From Spirochaetota bacterium (GTDB lineage Bacteria; Spirochaetota; UBA4802; UBA5550), in contig JAXGNG010000001.1 of NCBI GenBank assembly GCA_040768125.1, forward strand, positions 118,460 to 182,459: 64,000 nucleotides of DNA. The letters are read 5' to 3'. The notes under the pieces are model-generated. The model saw nothing but the letters and a program-made list of their open reading frames with translations. It ran no database searches and had not been told where the DNA came from. Positions 62,603 through 64,000 of this stretch are shown piece after piece (position 1 is the first letter of the stretch; each line of letters begins with the position of its first letter). The translations under genes and the position numbers were made by a program.

Positions 62603-62712
62603 GGCAGGAATAAAGATATCACTATCGAACAGGAAAAACCAGCAGAAAAATGGCATAATGGTGAAATACTAACGGGAGCAGTATCCGGGTCAGGGCGCGG
62701 GGAATTCTTTAT

Positions 62713-63501
62713 TCATTTGGCGGCCGCCGTTGCGAGATCTTTTACCGCGGCAAGATATTCACGCATTCCATGCATAAAAATCGTGTTATGGTCGGCCCCG
62801 GGGATGGTGAGCATTTTAAGGTAGTCCGCCCCCGAGGCGTTGCGGAGCGCCATTCCGTCACTGTACGGGATGATATGGTCGTGTTCGGCATGGATGATCA
62901 GTGTGGGGCCGGGATACATCCTGATTTTCCTCTCGTTCCCGAATCCTCCGTCCTCGCGGAGTCCGTAGCGATCCGGGTTCAGGCCGAGGCGCCTAAGGAG
63001 CGGCAGGGCACGGGCGAAGCCGCTCTCGATAATGAGCCCGTCAATAGTTTCGGCATGTCGGGAGGCGAGCTCCAGGGCAGGTGCGCTCCCGAGGGAGCGT
63101 CCCATGATGATCATGGGTCCGGTGAAACCGTTATCGCGAAGCCATGCCCTGATAAATAAAAATACAACGTGTGAGTCGGATATCATGGTGGAGACCGTTG
63201 GAACACCGCTGGAGCGTCCATAGCCGCGGTAGTCAACAGGGATGAAGGTAAGGCCAGTCTTGACGAATAGTGGCCCCAGGTCGTCATAGTCTTCGACGAT
63301 CTCGCCGTTGCCATGGAAGAAGAGCACCGCGGGCATATTACTGTCAGCCTTGAAAATCCTTCCCCCCACCGAAATGCCCTCCTCAACGGGAATGAGTATA
63401 TCCTGTGGGGCGCTGTCGCCCCGGAAGGAGCCGTGCTCCCTCCGTGGATGGAAAAGAAATGAAAGGATGTCAGGGTGGTCGAATTGTGAATAGTCATTCA
63501 T
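62713..63501 (-). CDS. alpha/beta-fold hydrolase
   Basis: HGNGE oxyanion region, nucleophile elbow GRSLG, and C-terminal Asp/His candidates (DHIIPY, GADHN). 262 aa. Confidence 0.75.
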   Translation of the reverse strand: MNDYSQFDHPDILSFLFHPRREHGSFRGDSAPQDILIPVEEGISVGGRIFKADSNMPAVLFFHGNGEIVEDYDDLGPLFVKTGLTFIPVDYRGYGRSSGVPTVSTMISDSHVVFLFIRAWLRDNGFTGPMIIMGRSLGSAPALELASRHAETIDGLIIESGFARALPLLRRLGLNPDRYGLREDGGFGNERKIRMYPGPTLIIHAEHDHIIPYSDGMALRNASGADYLKMLTIPGADHNTIFMHGMREYLAAVKDLATAAAK

Positions 63502-63829
63502 GACAAGACCTTGAATAACCCAATGATCAACACGTTTACTGTTTAATAATAAAGATATCTTCTTATCATAGTGAATATCTGCGATGTGTCAATTGGAATT
63601 TATTGGATCGTTTATGCCCTTGCATGGCAGTGATTCCCGCCATGCAAATCTCTGAACAACGGATCGAACATCGTATGCCTGAAATTTCGGTTGAAAAAAG
63701 TACAGCACCCTAGAATATGTCTAAACGATAAATGATGGCAGCCGGTGTGGTGGCCGCGGCGGGATAGCGCAGTTGATATATACAGCGGGAAAAAATAAAT
63801 CTCACGAATAATATAACAGACTCGGAACA

Positions 63830-64000
63830 GTGATTAGAAAATTATTACTCGCATCATTCTGTTTTATTCTCTCTATACTACTTGCGGGGGGTGGGCAAGT
63901 AAGTTCGAATGGCGGTTTCCCGGGACATGCCTTTGCGAAGGATAATCCGGCCGATACCGCCTCCGCACACACAGAAAAAAAGTCATCGGAAGCCGCGGAA
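63830..64000 (+). CDS. possible secreted protein, 5' fragment running off the window end
   Basis: A GTG at 63830 opens a frame encoding a signal-peptide-like stretch (IRKLLLASFCFILSILLAGGGQVSSNGG...) that is still open at the window end. No RBS was checked, so this call is weak. Confidence 0.25.
   Translation, partial: MIRKLLLASFCFILSILLAGGGQVSSNGGFPGHAFAKDNPADTASAHTEKKSSEAAE

Overview
This 64 kb window is the chromosomal origin region of a bacterium with moderate GC. The core is dnaA(GTG start)-dnaN-recF-DUF721(DciA-like)-DUF370-gyrB-gyrA, flanked on both sides of dnaA by AT-rich DnaA-box clusters; there is a perfect TGTGGATAA box at 4807-4815. Upstream of oriC, a tight 4-gene minus-strand operon (class I methyltransferase, Zn-ribbon-Nudix fusion, SGNH hydrolase, PC4-like ssDNA-binding protein) is transcribed divergently from dnaA. 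The rest is mostly housekeeping: a bacterial XPB/Rad25 helicase, GT2, moeA, a ThiI-like PP-loop ATPase, purN, dut, RNase J, uppP, ftsK, a glnB-flotillin-glnA-amt nitrogen cluster, a HAMP-GAF-HD-GYP sensor overlapping uvrB, nadC, a LysM-M23 peptidase, an orphan nikR, purA, tRNA-Lys(UUU) and tRNA-Glu(UUC), map with a SEC-C finger, an APC permease, a DsbD-like protein, purD, an ExbB-ExbD-ExbD-TonB-TonB-dependent-receptor block, a glycerol-3-phosphate dehydrogenase, and an archease-rtcB RNA-repair pair. A lone 5S rRNA gene (minus strand, 21272-21392) with its own terminator is not linked to 16S or 23S in this window. Together with frequent spirochaete-style lipoboxes and the dnaA...gyrA gene order, this is compatible with, but does not prove, a Leptospirales-like genome. 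I saw no CRISPR array, transposase or prophage. The least explained elements are: the operon facing oriC, two pairs of paralogous small lipoproteins, a secreted protein built from about 11-aa SFPD repeats beside the rtcB module, a 590-bp structured leader upstream of glnB carrying CATGTTA repeats, and an orphan nikR with twin palindromes. All calls rest on motif recognition by eye, with no database search.
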